Shown: positions 39,340-50,084 of the stretch, piece after piece
Layout: the number at the start of each line of letters is the position of its first letter
Position numbering within the stretch: the first letter of the stretch is position 1
Assembly (NCBI GenBank): GCA_028534125.1
Contig: CM052816.1
Location: forward strand, 36,768,001 to 36,832,000
Origin: Lama glama
Lineage: Eukaryota
Length of the DNA: 64,000 nucleotides
Direction: 5' to 3'
The notes under the pieces: model-generated
What the model was told of the DNA's origin: nothing
Seen by the model: the letters and a program-made list of their open reading frames with translations, nothing else
Database searches by the model: none
Translations under genes and position numbers: made by a program

Positions 39340-39500
39340 CCCTTCCCTCCCATTTATTTCTCTTCCATCCTTTTCTCTCCTCTCCTCTATTTTCTTTTCT
39401 TCTCTACTTTATCTTCCCTTTTCCTCTCACCCTTTATCCTCCCCTCTCCTCTCCTCTCATTTTCCTCATTAATATTTGTCTTTTCTCTTTCCTTGTTTTC
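39340..39500. repeat. Pyrimidine-rich (CT) low-complexity tract
   Basis: Near-pure C/T on the + strand. Confidence 0.8.
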
Positions 39501-39531
39501 TCTAAGTCACTCCATAAAAGTATTATATTAA

Positions 39532-39925
39532 TGTTGTCGCAGGTTGGTCTTTCTGGAACTAGACACAGAAATGGAATATGTAGGATATTTATTAGAGATT
39601 GACATTTGTGAATCAGAGGGGAAGAAAGCAGGATTGGCCAGAGTAAGAAGTCAAACTGCAGTATGGACCATAAAAACCCCTAGGAAACACCAGTTAGTAG
39701 AAGACCAGAGTTGTCATAAAGAGGTCAAACTTTCATGATTTCACTGTGATCAGTTATTTGATGCCTGATCCCCCAGAAATGTGTGATTTGGAAAGGAACT
39801 TTCTGTAGTTGAGGCAGACCCTGAAGGAGCTGTCAACTAGAGTCTGTCTGTAGAGCACTACCAGCTAATGAGTCAACAAGTCCTCCCATGAAAAAGCATC
39901 TTGAAGTATAAATCTGCCCACTATA
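39532..39925 (-). mobile_element. LTR16-like (ERVL) solo LTR
   Basis: 'tgttgtcgcaggttgg...tttattagag...gaagaaagcaggattggccagagtaagaagtcaaactgc...gaggcagaccctgaaggagctg' matches reversed LTR16A-type sequence. Confidence 0.75.
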
Positions 39926-39949
39926 TATGGGTTTCTGATAATAACATAA

Positions 39950-40900
39950 AGGTAACTCCAACCATCACTGCTCTCCTAAGCTTCCATACAAACTATGTAA
40001 TATCTCTATTTTGATGCTTCATACATCTCTTTCTTATCACACCATTTTTCTCTAGTTTGCTCCTAATGAATTATCCAGCGGAATAAATAACATCATTATC
40101 AGTTGCTCAACCCAGTATCTTGGACTTTACATAATTTCTCCCATTCTTTGACTAGTCAAAGTTAAATCATCATCAATTTACATCATTTTTACCTCCAAAA
40201 TATACGTCAGCCTCCATGTCTACGATGACCATTGTTTCAATCCACCATCATTGTCTCTCCCCTATTCTTTTACAATGGCCTATTGATTTATCTTCTACGT
40301 TCCACACATACACACCTTTGGCATATACTCCGCATTACAGAGAGAGTTTTCTTCTAATAAAATGAATCGTATCTTTATATACTGCTTCTTAAATACTTGC
40401 ATGGCTTCCCACTATTTTTAAAACAATATTCTATCTCCTTATTATAATTCTTTGCCCAACTTGACCTGGTCCCATCTTATCCCAAAGACATCATCTCAAA
40501 CTACATTTTTCTTGTCTTATTATCTTCTAGACATGTTGTCCACTTTTCTTAAATCAATATTTGAAACTCATCTAACCGACAGATTTGCCTCTAAAGGTTC
40601 TTTTGCATAGAATTATCTTTCATTGGCTTTCTGCATGTATCATTCATGTTTCAGTTCAAATGCAAACTCTTTAAGGGTGGCTTCACTGTACCACATAAAT
40701 CATATCACCATCCTTATTCCCTTCATTTCATACATCATGATCTGTAATTATGTTGCTTATTTGTGTATTTACTTGATTCTCCCTATCCCCAGTAATACTG
40801 TAAAGATGGAAAATTGTGTGCCTTATAAACTTGTATCACAAATACTTAGAAAAAAGATAGCCTCCCAAACACTAAATATTCAAAATGTATTTTTGCCTCC
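39950..40900 (+). mobile_element. L2 LINE 3' region
   Basis: 'cagttgctcaaccc', 'tttacctccaaaatatac', 'tgcatggcttcccact', 'ttcagttcaaatg' and an L2-like terminus. Confidence 0.75.
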
Positions 40901-41073
40901 ACTAATGCATTGATTGTAATCACAATCACTGAGATAGAAAATGTTGAGAAAGAGCAGTCTTATAGAGGAAAATGTTAAATTAAGGTCTAGATACTGGGCA
41001 TCTCAACTAGAGATGTCTGACAATTGAATATTGGAGTATGTAACTCAAAGAAAGGTGTGGGCTGAAAATATAA

Positions 41074-41815
41074 ACTAATCATCAGGGAAATGGAAATCAA
41101 AGCCACAATGAAATGTTACTTCACACCTGTCAGGATGGATATTATTAAAAATACAAAAGATGGCAAATGTTGGTAAGCGTGTGGAGAAATTAGAATTCTT
41201 GCACACAGTTGGTGGGAATGCAAAATGGTGCAGCTCCTCTATGAAAAACAGTATGGTGTTTCCTAAAAAAATTAAAAATAGAACTACCATATGGTCCAAC
41301 TATCCCACTTTGAATATTTACCTAAAACAATTGAAATCAGATTCTTGAAGAGATATTAGCACTCTTGTGCATTACAGCACTTTTCACATAAGACATGATG
41401 TGAAAACAAAGTAAATGCTTGTCAAAAGATGAATGGATAAAGAAAATGTAGTATACATATGTATAATGGAATACTACTCATCTGTAAAAAATAAGTAAAT
41501 TGTATAGTATGTGACAACAAGGGTGAACCTTGAGGGAATGTTGCTAAATGGAATAATCCAGTTACAAAAAGACAAATACTGTGTGATCCCACTTATACGA
41601 GGATCTGAAATAATCAAATTTATAAACTCAAACCATGGAATGGTGGTTTCTAAGTGCTAGGGGAAGAGGAAAATCAATGGACATAAAATTTCAGTTAAAC
41701 AAGGTAAATAAGCTCTAGAGATCTGTTGTCCAGCATTGTAAGTAGAATCAACAGTAAAATATTTTACTTGTAAAAATTCGTTACATGTGTAGATCGCATT
41801 TTACAGTGTTCTTAC
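41074..41815 (+). mobile_element. L1 (L1MA-like) ORF2 end and 3' UTR, inserted into an L2
   Basis: 'actaatcatcagggaaatggaaatcaaagccacaatga'; ORF 41160..41348 'NVGKRVEKLEFLHTVGGNAKWCSS' is L1 ORF2 C-terminus. Confidence 0.93.
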
Positions 41816-41839
41816 TAGGGTAAGTGGTATAATGGGAAA

Positions 41840-43000
41840 ATCCTGGACACTTTGTAAAAATAAAGCTTCTGGGTGTCCTGGGAAGATTTTCCTAAAATCT
41901 GGAAAATGAGTAAGAGTAAATTAGGCAATCTGTGGAGGAGGTTTTGGAATAGTCGGAACATACATGCAGATTCACTGAGATAAACAGAATTTTGACACAG
42001 GGAAGGGATCACACAAAGGCCAGTGCGATTCTGTCACAGGGACTGATGAGAATAATAGACTGAAAATAGAAGCACAGGCTTGGTCTGAATGCCCTTATTG
42101 ATCTGAAGGATATTCTACTTTATCCAGAAGACAATGAGAAACTACTAAAATATTTTCAATGAGACAGCAATGTGTATCTTTTTCTTTATAAAAGATGTAC
42201 AAAGGTAAATATGGGGAAAAAAACTGGTAGGTGGTCCGGTCATCAGAGATGATGTACAAGACAGTAACTCAGAATAGCAAAGAGCAGACAGAGACAGTAA
42301 AGAGAGGTCACATTTGAAAGTATTTGATGAGATATTTTTGGAAAAATAATAGTGATAACTTGTATTATGGGTGGGAGTGGAGGACGTGTCAAAAGATATT
42401 TCTATTTTCCACCTTGTTCAGTTGAAATTCCATTTCATTTTCTGTATATAATTATGCAAGAGTATAGAGCCAGGAGACACATCTAAATTTACTTTTTTAA
42501 TTTTATTTTTTGGGCAGAGAAGATAATTTGGTTTGTTTGTTTGCTTGTTTATTTGTTTGTTTTTAACGGAGATACTGGAGATTGAACCCAGGACCTTATG
42601 CATTCTAAGCATGCACTCTACCACTGAGCTACACCTTCCCCCGACACAACTAAATTGAAAAAAAAAATAGTATCTAGAGGATAGAAAAGTTAGTTGAATG
42701 TAGGCATGAATAAATAGTATGGGCCAAAGGGCCAGGAGAAAAGGATAGCTCTGAGTTACAACAGTTCAAGGTCAGGTAGAAGAGTGCCAAAACCAGACTG
42801 AGAAGTGGCCAGTAGACAAACAGATCAGTGCAACACTGCAAAAGCAAGAAAAGTCAAGTGTTCCAGTAAGGAGGGAGGGTCAACACTTAACTACAGCTGA
42901 GAGTCAAGTAAAGTCGTTCTGAAATGTCCACTGGAATTGGAGACCCTCGGGAAAGTCATTATTATAGAGTGAGGAAGGTGAAAGGCGGATGAATAGAATT
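41840..43000 (-). mobile_element. Degenerate L2 fragments
   Basis: 'actttatccagaagacaatgagaaactactaaaa', 'aaaccagactgagaagtggccagtag', 'acagctgagagtcaagtaaag'. Confidence 0.55.
42490..42642 (-). mobile_element. Camelid tRNA-derived SINE (vic-1-like)
   Basis: Minus strand 'gggggaaggtgtagctcagtggtagagtgcatgcttagaatgcataaggtcctgggttcaatctccag' has A and B boxes. TSD gacacatctaaatt (42476-42489) / gacacaactaaatt (42643-42656). Confidence 0.92.
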
Positions 43001-44181
43001 GTAGCCTGATTCCTTCAAAACAAAATAAAATTATGAATCTATCAAAAAATCAGGCTAACATTTTACTTTGCATAGGTCAGTACCAGTGATGAAATTAGCA
43101 ACATTAATATGCCTAGAAATTTCCAGGCAGATGAAGCTGAATTTACAGAAGAAATGAAGCATCTTATCTAGTAATTCAGATATTTTTGAATCTAGAGATC
43201 TCATTGGCTAAGAAAAAGTACTGATACTGAAGAATTGAAGGCAGAAGTAAGAGATACGAGACAAATGGAGATTCTCAAGTCCTCTGTTTGAACTTACTAT
43301 ATTACATCATATGGACATTCTTTGATGTAATTATATTTTCAATACTTTTCTCCTTTCATGACTTTTTTGAGGGGCTATGAACAGCTTTTAAAATTAATGG
43401 ATTTGAACAAGAAACCACTTCTATGTGGGATAAGAAAAAATTGTGTTTCTGGATTTGTTATCAAGCGGCTAACATATGTAGACATGCATACATGGAACTT
43501 TCAAAAATCCTAGATAGAGCAAGGAAGATTACAAGCAAATAAATGCTTATGATAATACATTCCTCAAGCCATAGGTCAATGCATGCCATAGGAGTTCAAA
43601 GAAATGATAGCTTTCTCCTAGACTGGCTCTAAGCTTTCTCTGTTTATCATTCTAAGCAGTGCACTATTTCTTGGAAATTGTCCAGTTAAATTGCCGTTGA
43701 TCAGAACATGCACAGATATGGGCAAAATTACCATGTAACATTAAATCAACTTTTGATTAACTTTTTCATTTAGTACAAGGCATTTCATAAATGCCGAATT
43801 TCTTACTGACAGAAAGATTTTTCTCTACTCCACTAACTTAAGTGATCTGTTAAAATCTCATTGTCAACTTCCGGGGTGTTTTCTCCATTCAAATTTTTCC
43901 TTCCACTTTCACAAACATTTCTATTTTCTTACAGGTCCTTTTTATTTTCCTATATCTTTTTCTTTTCCTAGTTTGTGTATGCATGTGTATATGTCTATAC
44001 GCTTAGCTACATCCCAGTTACATTATGGATAAAGGCAGTACTTTAGTGATAAGTCAATAAAAGAGCCATACATTTGCTAATGTCTGCTGATTAAAAACAA
44101 AAAGAAAAAAGTATATTATGTTTTTCTGTTAAAGCTAGTAAAATTATTATCTGACTGAGGCATACATGATGCAAAGTTAAA

Positions 44182-45781
44182 TAGATCCAGAATCCCATGT
44201 CTGAAAACCTTGAGGTCACACATATTTTGGAGTTCATAATTATTCAAATTTTAGAAAGATAATATGTGCAAAGACTAGATTATATAATATTCCCAGCAAG
44301 TTCTAAAGTGACATCCTATAGTTATATAAATTAATATTACTGAAGTTAAACAGTCACCCTACTTAGGAATAGATAACAAATATTATATTTGTGTTTAGCT
44401 AGTCAAATCATATAGTAATAGATTGATAAGTGATGTGGATAAATCCATACTGCAAATATTCTAATACTTCTTAATTCAAAGAAAATGTTCATATTTCTAT
44501 TCATTCTCTCTCTCTCTCTCTCCCCCCCCACTCTTCCCCCTCTCATGTAACAAATGTTATGTCAAGTTGTTTGGGAATCTTACTGAACAGGTCACTCCAA
44601 TGTTAACACCTTTATTGTCATCAGGTTGGAGGTAGATATGTGGTGGAAGGAACAGAAACAGGATTCTCAAGTAAGGCGGCTGAACTTCGATAGGCTGCTT
44701 TTAAAGAGAGATTTCAGTTTGCTTTCCTCATTAAGTAGACTCCTGTCTAAGCAGTCTCTAATCGAGTAAAACTCCTATAACCTTCTGCTGATTAATAAAT
44801 GGATCATGATCAAGGAAGGAAATTGGCTGATCACAATTTTTTTTACCATGGGGATTTCCCCACCTGTGTTCATAAACACTGCTCTCCTCATGCCCATCAT
44901 TTATGCAATTTCTTCATCATCTATGGGATTGTCCAACAGAAACATTGTTATAAATTTTCACCATTCATTCTTTCAGTTTTCTCCAAGAACTATGATTTTT
45001 TTCAGTTATTATCAAATTTGTCAATGTAATTTTCAACTGCTTTATGATTTGCAGAAACCTTTTGTTATAGGTTTTCAGATATTTTACACAATGATGCCTC
45101 TTGAATCCCTGATTATTTAAACTTATCTTTAATATTCAGTTCTTTATGATGTATTCTAGCTTACTTCATACCAAACAAATCAGTTAGCCTTATGAGTTTA
45201 CTCCTTTACTGTCAAATATATTTAATCAGTACCAGTTTTTATCTTTTTTATTTATTTGTTGTTTGTTTGATTATAGGATGTTTGCTGTTTTTCATTAGTT
45301 CTTGTAACCACTGTCAGACTTGTGTAGAAACTTCAACAACTTACATTTCTGTTTTTTTAAATCATATAGTAAAGACTTAAAGTAATGTGGGATTTTCTAC
45401 ATCACATTCCTCATTAAATTACCTCACAAAGACACCTTGATGAAATTTATATAATAGCAGCATTTGCTGAAATATTGATGGTAAAATTTGCTGTAATTTT
45501 CATTTCTTGATATTACCCATGGGGTTGTTTAACACTTTTTGACAATTTCACTAGTTTACACAATAGCACAAAATACAAAACAATAAACTAAATACTGATG
45601 AACAGAAATGTATGACTACTAGGAATACCAGATCTCAACAAGCACCTCCTATCAGTTCAAATAAGATTTTTGCACAAAATAAGTTTTATTGCCAAATGTA
45701 CCCAAAAAAAGAAAATAAAAAGGAAATTTAGATTTTTGAGCTTTTTGGATTTTGAAATTGCCCTGAAAGACTGTAGAACTA
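44182..45781 (-). mobile_element. Tigger/TcMar (MER46C-like ends) DNA transposon with decayed transposase
   Basis: Both ends resemble MER46C-type termini. Minus-strand peptides 'FKRHHCVKYLK' and 'VSANHKAVENYIDKF' near 45015-45105 resemble Tigger transposase (FKKRHGIKYLK...SADHEAAE). Confidence 0.7.
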
Positions 45782-46146
45782 TATTGATTTAAGATAGATA
45801 TTTTTAATGTCAGTATGGGGAAATACAGTTTGATAAATGAGTACTCATGATTAATCTTAAAATAGCTGCTAATAAAAGACATACTATTTGTTTAACTAAC
45901 TCCATTATGAAAACTAAGGTTCACATTATACATTTACATTCTTAGTCATAAGATTTGCATTGATAATGAACATCTTTATGTGAATCAGAAAAGTTAAGAA
46001 ATTCATATTTCTTGTGCTAAATAAATTAATCATTGTTTAGCTATATTACATAGTGCATGTAGACTTATAGCCAGCAAGACATTCAAAACTCCTCAGAAAC
46101 TGTTCATCTCACAGTCACTGACCTTTTTCAACAAAAGGGACAAACA

Positions 46147-46300
46147 TTTTTATTTTTTTAATTAATTATTTTGGGGGGAGGTAATTAGACTTATTTATTT
46201 ATTTTACATTTATTCATTTTTAATGGCGGTACGGGGGGTTGAATCCAGGATCTCTTGCATGCCAAGCACGCACCCTACCACTTGAGCTATACCCTCCCCC
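46147..46300 (-). mobile_element. vic-1-like SINE
   Basis: 'ggttgaatccaggatctcttgcatgccaagcacgcaccctaccacttgagctataccctccccc' plus the characteristic 'ggggggaggtaattag' tail. Confidence 0.92.
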
Positions 46301-46739
46301 TGGAGCATGTATTTTTAAATGCAAAGTATAATACAAAGAATAAATGGCAGCTAGAGCTGCAATACTTTGGATTTTTAAAATTTTTTTCCTGTTTTGAGTA
46401 CTTTATATCCAATTTTCTCACTTCCAACACCTGTTGACATTTTAATTTTATATTATTGTGGTTGAAATGGTTTCCATTCACATTCCTAGGAAAGCAGCAA
46501 TTTAGGATCTTATGCATTGTACTTACTTGTCTACTAAGCACATCTTTATTCTGTTCCTACATTGTGCCAGTCACTATTCTATGCATTTTGGACCCAGAGT
46601 TGAAGGAATCAAACCTTCTGAACTATGAAGAATTAAATATGTTAATACAGTAAGATTCTTAGAAGAGTATCTGACATGTAGTAAGCACTTAATAACTTAT
46701 AGCTAGTAATAATATTAATGGTGACTATATTTTAGTACT

Positions 46740-47480
46740 AAGCAACTCTTCTACTAGCAAATACATACCGTAAATATACACAACAATTATAAGATCATTT
46801 TGTGTGGAGACTGATGCTTTGAAGTAAACACAGCAGGTAAAATGGGTCGGCAGGGGATGTTCTTTAGTTAGGATAGTGAGAAAAACAATTCCAGTGAGGA
46901 GCTGAAATTTGAACTTAAAACCTAAACGAAGGGAAATAACTGCAGAGGTTCCTGCAAGAGTTCTAGAGAAACAGCATTTCAGGTAGAGTGATATTTAGTG
47001 AAATGCCTGCAAGAAAGGAAAGAGATTAGTATGTTCAGAGGCTTAGAAAAGTGTAGTTGACACATAGTACACCAGGAAATAGGTAGGGGGTGAAGTCAGA
47101 CATTTATAGATTATTATATGCCGTGGAAGAGAGTGAGTGAATCACAATGAGAAGCAATTGAAGGTCTTAAGAGGAATTGGGTCACCTGATATGAGGTTAA
47201 AATATGATTCTTGCTGCCCTTTGCTCATGTGTGGGAAGGAGAAGACCTGTTAAGAATCCAAAACTATAGTCCTAGTTAGACGTAATGTTGGTGTGAGCCT
47301 GTGTTAACAGTGAGAATGATGGATTCAGGATAGATTACAGAAGTATGTTCATGAAATAATACAAGGGAGGAGAGAAAGAGAAGAATCAAGAATGGGTTTT
47401 TTAACTGAACATCTGAAGAGTTAGGGGTAACTTTACTCTAGAGACTACTGCAGGAGAAACAGGTTTGATAAGTGAATGAG
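46740..47480 (-). mobile_element. L2 fragment
   Basis: 'gtgaggagctgaaatttgaacttaaaacctaaacgaagg', 'cagcatttcaggtagag', 'aatgagaagcaattgaagg'. Confidence 0.7.
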
Positions 47481-48539
47481 CTTGTATGTTGGGTGGTGAT
47501 GATGGTTTGTGTGTATGTGTGTGTGCAAACATGACTCCTCTTTTACTATTCAAATAAGACAATGTTCTTTAAGTACAAACCTATGTGATAAATTCCCCTG
47601 ATTATGTTACCAGAGAGGGAAAAGAAAATCTACAACAGCCTGTTTGCTTTTTTTAATTAGTCACTGATTTTATTAGTGTACAAAATGTTTCTTCTTTTAA
47701 GCTGGCTACCTAGAAATGGAGAGATAATTTCATGTTCAGTTACAATAAATGATTCATTTCAGATATGTAACACATTCACCTTTCCTTCTAATTGGATTTT
47801 GAGCAAACTTTATATTTTAATTGGTCTGCTTCATATGTGTTTTACTATTATATGTTACTTCAAACTAGTTTGGGGACTCCGTGAATCATAGATGAATAAA
47901 TAAGTAAGTGAATGATTCAGTAACAAATATTCATAGCTTCAAACTCAGTCCACCAACAAATTTGGATAAATAGCAGCACTACATACAAAATGCACTAATT
48001 AAAAATGATAATATTATCTAGCACTTAATAAAATTAAGCAATGAGCCAAATCTGACCTGTGAATCATAAATTTCTTACCTTCTCTTTCCTGAAGAATTCG
48101 CATTTGAGTGGTTGAACATAGTTTTCTTACTAAATTGACAAAAATAGATGGTAAAATGTAGAAACAGCCAGTCTGCCTCAGAGCTTGCTCACATGTAGTA
48201 TAAGCAAAGAGGCAAGAAATTATTTTAATTCATATACAGACCATGAAAAGTCTTATACACACGGTTTAAGAATTGCCCCCTGAAAATGCTAATTTACATA
48301 TTCCTCTTCAATTGCTGAGTTAATGGAGAAGTACTGCATGCATTTAGTTTTAGCCTTAAAAGAGATGTGTAGAGCTTATTTTACTCTGTTATGCCTTCAG
48401 AGAAGCTGTCATTCTGGCCCTTAAGCACTTTACAAACACTGAACTCACTTGTACTCTGTCAGTTCTTAAATGATAGCATAGTCCCACACCCAATTCAAGG
48501 AAAACATCAATTGCTTCTGGCTTATCTTTTCCCCTTTGC

Positions 48540-48745
48540 AGCACAATAGGACTCTGCAGCCAAACTGCCTAGTGCAGCTCTACTGCATACTAGCTGTATG
48601 CTCTTGGACAAGCTGCTTGCCTTCTGAAGCTTCATTTCTCATTTGCAATCTAGACTTGATGTAGTATTTCTTCCATACAATCATTGATAATAAATAAGTC
48701 ACTTAATATAGTTCTTCAAAAAGAGTAACTGTTAAGTTAAAATTA
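48540..48745 (+). mobile_element. MIR SINE
   Basis: 'ggactctgcagccaaactgcctagtgcagctctactgcatactagctgtatgctcttggacaag'. Confidence 0.75.
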
Positions 48746-49206
48746 GCACTATCACAGTACCATTTATTCTTCTTCTGGACTCAATAACAGGAATGCTCAC
48801 AGGAAAAGCAAATGATGGTAATTAATTTAAAGTTAAAGTTAATTTAAATTTAAAGAAATTTTAATAATTTCTTTTGGAGACTCTCCCTCCAGTAAAGCAG
48901 CAACAAAAAACCCTTGACTTACACAATCGAGTTCAAAAGTCAGGAGTATTTGGAGTCCACCTAGAATGTGTCAGGCACAGTAGTGAGTAAGCAATAGTTG
49001 CGTCTTCTTCATTTAGTTATATATTAGGGAAGATAAAGCAGATATAAATTATTTGCATGAGCAGTGGGACTAAAATGGAGAGTGTTGGGGGATGCACAGC
49101 AATCATCAATGCCTTGAATAAATACATTAGCTGTGGTTTAAGAAGAATAAATATATATAAACTGAATGAAGAGAGAGGGATAAATGAGCTCAAAACAGGA
49201 GAAAGA

Positions 49207-50070
49207 CCAAAGATGATATATAGCCAAGAAGTGTATGGAAAGATGTTCAACATCACTAATCATTGTCAGCAAAATGCAAATCAAAACCACAATGAGGTAC
49301 CATTTCAAGCCCATTCGGATGGCTTCTATAAAACACACACACCCATACACACATATACACAAACTGAAAATAACAAGAGTTTTTGACATTGTGGAGAAAT
49401 TGGAACCTCTGTGCACTGTTAGTCAGATTATAAAATGCTGCAACCACTATGGAAACAGTATGGAAGTTTTTCAAAAAATTAAAAACAGAACTACCATAAG
49501 ATCCATTTTTTTCATTTCTGGATATATCTCTAGAAGAATTTAAAGCAGGACCTCAAAGAGATATTTACACACTCATGTTCATAGTAACACTTTTCACAAT
49601 AATGAAGAGATGGAAGCAACTCAAATGTCCATCCATGGATGAATGGATAAAGAAAATGTGGCATATGCATACCATAAAATAGTATTCAGTCTTAGAAACG
49701 AAGAAAAGTCTACAATATCGATGAACTTTGAGGACATTATGCTAAGTGAAATAAGCCAGTTACAAAAATACAAATGCTGTATGGTTCCACTTATATGAGG
49801 TATATCTAAAGTAGTTAAATTTATAGATCCAGAAAGCAAAATGCTGGTTATCAGGGTTTTGAAAAAAAAAGGAGGATTGCTGTTTAGTATTTACAGAGTT
49901 ATGCATTTGAAGGTGAAAAAATTCTGGAAATATTTTACAATAGTGTGAACATACTTAACACTATTGAACTGTACACTTACAAATAGTTAAGATGGTAAAT
50001 TTTATGTTACTATGTGTGTTTTTTTTTTACCACAATAAAAAAAAACCCTTCAAAAAAAAAAAAAAAACAA
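49207..50070 (+). mobile_element. L1 (L1MA/MB-like) ORF2 end, 3' UTR and poly(A)
   Basis: ORF 49235..49543 'MERCSTSLIIVSKMQIKTTMRYHF' is L1 ORF2. Terminus 'gttaagatggtaaattttatgtt...accacaataaaaaaaa'. Confidence 0.95.
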
Positions 50071-50084
50071 CCCAAGAGGAAGAG

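Noticed and set aside
39200..39602. Hydrophobic 90- and 128-aa ORFs resembling membrane proteins
   Set aside because: Artefact of the CT-rich low-complexity tract, which lacks stop codons.
42560..42642. tRNA-like sequence with A and B boxes (also at 46.2, 53.1 and 63.0 kb)
   Set aside because: These are SINE heads with A-rich tails and TSDs, not tRNA genes.
49017..49839. Cluster of overlapping ORFs (similar clusters at 25.0, 41.1 and 53.2 kb)
   Set aside because: L1 ORF2 C-terminal remnants and their antisense shadows; not host genes.
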